Shown one piece after another: positions 19,519 to 21,110 of a stretch of 21,110 nucleotides of DNA; the first letter of the stretch is position 1, and every line of letters begins with the position of its first letter. The translations under genes were made by a program, and so were the position numbers. The stretch lies in contig JACVGT010000036.1 of NCBI GenBank assembly GCA_018992685.1, positions 1 through 21,110 on the forward strand, given 5' to 3'. Under the pieces are notes generated by a model that saw only the letters and a program-made list of their open reading frames with translations, was not told the origin of the DNA and did no database searches. This DNA is from Theionarchaea archaeon. Its GTDB lineage: Archaea; Methanobacteriota_B; Thermococci; Methanofastidiosales; SZ-28-30.

Positions 19519-19689
19519 TTACAGTTCATTTCTGCTTTCATGTGGGTTCATGTGTCCTGGGGACTCAAAGGCGCTCTCGCACCGCTCGCAGCAGAAGTAA
19601 TATTCTTTTCCTTCCACCACCTTTCTGCGGGCAAACATGCATTTCTCCACAGGGATTTCAGTCTTGCAGAACTCACATTTGCAGCTCAT
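19519..19689 (-). CDS. Small TRASH/YHS-type metal-binding protein (56 aa), absent from the ORF track
   Basis: Manual translation MSCKCEFCKTEIPVEKCMFARRKVVEGKEYYFCCERCESAFESPGHMNPHESRNEL; CxxC...GKEYYFCCxxC...F is the TRASH signature; AGGAGG RBS and ATGA overlap with the iscU stop. Confidence 0.85.
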   Translation of the reverse strand: MSCKCEFCKTEIPVEKCMFARRKVVEGKEYYFCCERCESAFESPGHMNPHESRNEL

Positions 19690-20060
19690 GAGTGCTTCCT
19701 CCTGTAATCATCAACAGCCAGCTTGAGGCAGTCGGCCGCCAGCAGCGAACAATGCATCTTTGGCTCTGGAACACCGCCCAGGTTGTCTGCGATGGCTTCT
19801 TTGGTAATCGCTTCTGCATCCTCCAAGGTCATTCCTATGATCATCTCTGTTAGCATACTTCCGCTTGCAACTGCGGCAGCACATCCGAAAGTTGTATACT
19901 TTGCATCGACAATTTTTCCATCCTCTACTCGTATGTACAAATGCATGATGTCTCCACACACATCGCTGGAGAGTTTACCCACTCCATCTGCTTTCTTAAT
20001 GACGCCTATGTTGCGCGGATTCTGAAAGTGGTCCATAAGCTTTTCACTGTACTCTACCAT
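19686..20060 (-). CDS. iscU: Fe-S cluster assembly scaffold, IscU/NifU-N family
   Basis: YSEKLMDHFQNPRNIG, CGD, FGCAAA.ASGS, LGGVPEPKMHCS: all three conserved Cys plus Asp and His. Confidence 0.95.
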   Translation of the reverse strand: MVEYSEKLMDHFQNPRNIGVIKKADGVGKLSSDVCGDIMHLYIRVEDGKIVDAKYTTFGCAAAVASGSMLTEMIIGMTLEDAEAITKEAIADNLGGVPEPKMHCSLLAADCLKLAVDDYRRKHS

Positions 20061-20744
20061 ACAGTGTTCTCAGATAGAGAGTACTTTTATCTATTGCGGT
20101 CGCAGTGGTCGGATTCGAGATTTTGCGCGGTTCTCCTTGCACCATCTCAATAAGACTCTTCTGCTTCTGGATTACTCTAACCTCCTGTATCTTGCTGGAC
20201 ATTTTCGAATGCGGGATGACTGTCTGCTGATAGACCCTTTCTTCATTTTGGGAGGCAGAAAATCATTATCAAAGTAATCTCTCTGAATTTCTCTGTTTAC
20301 ATTTTATTGAGTTTTCTTACCGACTACCATTGATCCCTCAATGTCTGCGCTGCATAAACTTTTGGTATGCAAACATTTCAACATTTTTTACAACAGACTG
20401 CATACTCAAGACTTGATTTCTATGGTAATCATTCAAATTATCTGCACAGGATCAGCAATCCGTTGTTGAACGAAAGACTCAATTGCCTATTTATGTGATT
20501 TTTTAGCGAGGTCAAATTATTTCGTGGAATCAGGTGAAATATTCTTTCGAACGTTACTATGTGCACATTGTACTGCTTGTCGCCATTGACATGGCTCTCC
20601 GTTCTTGTCCTTACTAGAGAAATGTTGTTATTTGGGAACGGCGCCATTCCGAACTGTCGTTTCCTCAGTTCTGCAGGCGGTAGGCTCTATTTACACAAAT
20701 TTGTCTATTTCTGATGGCCTTAAACCTACTATTATTAATAGCAA

Positions 20745-20760
20745 CGGAAAGTTTATTAAG
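20745..20760 (+). promoter_or_regulatory. BRE/TATA promoter of S-layer copy 2
   Basis: CGGAAAG-TTTATTAAG, ending 110 nt upstream of ATG 20871. Confidence 0.75.
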
Positions 20761-20856
20761 GAAGTACCGAAAAGAATAACGCTTAGAGGATAGCAGGTCT
20801 CAGTATCGTTTTGACCTGCTGTTGCATCCTGAAAAAAACAGGAGCAAGATCCGGAT

Positions 20857-21110
20857 TAGGAGGAAAGAATATGAAATTAAGGAAGATTGGAGCTGTACTG
20901 GCTGGAGCCGCATTACTTGGAGCCACCCTGGCGGGTGCTGCTGCTCAAGAGGTACCACCCACTGACTTTTTCGTGGACCCTGAGACAGGACAGCCAAACT
21001 GTGTCATTGTGGTAGGTAGCGGTGCTGCTGCGATGGATGTCGTGTCAGCCACCATGCTTGCTGCCAAGATTGGGACAATGACCTTTACAGAGCAAGAAGA
21101 CGAAGTTACC
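20857..21110. repeat. Right arm of 254-bp inverted repeat (partner 1..254)
   Basis: Reverse complement of 1..254 with 2 mismatches; identity starts just at the RBS (TAGGAGGAAAGAATATG). Confidence 0.98.
20871..21110 (+). CDS. S-layer protein, N-terminal 80 aa (partial, runs off right end), copy 2
   Basis: MKLRKIGAVLAGAALLGATLAGAAAQEVPPTDFFVDPETGQPNCVIVVGSGAAAMDVVSATMLAAKIGTMTFTEQEDEVT; identical to copy 1 except K2; AGGAGG RBS. Confidence 0.88.
   Translation, partial: MKLRKIGAVLAGAALLGATLAGAAAQEVPPTDFFVDPETGQPNCVIVVGSGAAAMDVVSATMLAAKIGTMTFTEQEDEVT

Noticed and set aside
17802-19707. Plus-strand ORFs 17802..18674 and 18988..19707
   Set aside because: Antisense to hel308, the lipoprotein and the TRASH gene, which have clear motifs.
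20100-20793. CRISPR array, replication origin (ORB boxes) or small ORFs in the long spacer
   Set aside because: No regularly spaced repeats, no ORB-like repeats or cdc6 nearby; ORFs 20438..20647 and 20605..20793 lack motifs and the latter overlaps the promoter.
1-21110. Linear plasmid, virus or transposon with terminal inverted repeats
   Set aside because: The repeats are truncated coding sequence and the interior holds single-copy core genes with no replicase, capsid or transposase. The ends more likely mark an assembly break inside a longer repeat.

Overview
Archaeal chromosomal segment; unsplit RpoB, a Thermococcales-like S7 insert and a Thermococcus/Methanococcus-type S-layer N-terminus suggest a Thermococci-related lineage such as Theionarchaea (inference). 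The core is tRNA-Lys(UUU)-rpoH-rpoB-rpoA'-rpoA''-rpl30e-nusA-rps12-rps7-EF-2. It is preceded by an MFS exporter and followed by a DUF166-like gene, a Sir2 / DUF2226-like-Roadblock fusion / Mth938-like cluster and, on the minus strand, IscU, a 56-aa TRASH/YHS protein missing from the ORF track, a repeat lipoprotein and Hel308. The standout feature is that the two window ends are a 254-bp inverted repeat (252/254 identical) made of the RBS plus the first 80 codons of two outward-facing S-layer genes. Each has its own TATA box at exactly the same distance from the ATG but an unrelated leader. This resembles an invertible S-layer promoter-swap cassette that would carry the whole RNA polymerase/str operon; inversion itself is a hypothesis, since both genes are truncated by the window ends.
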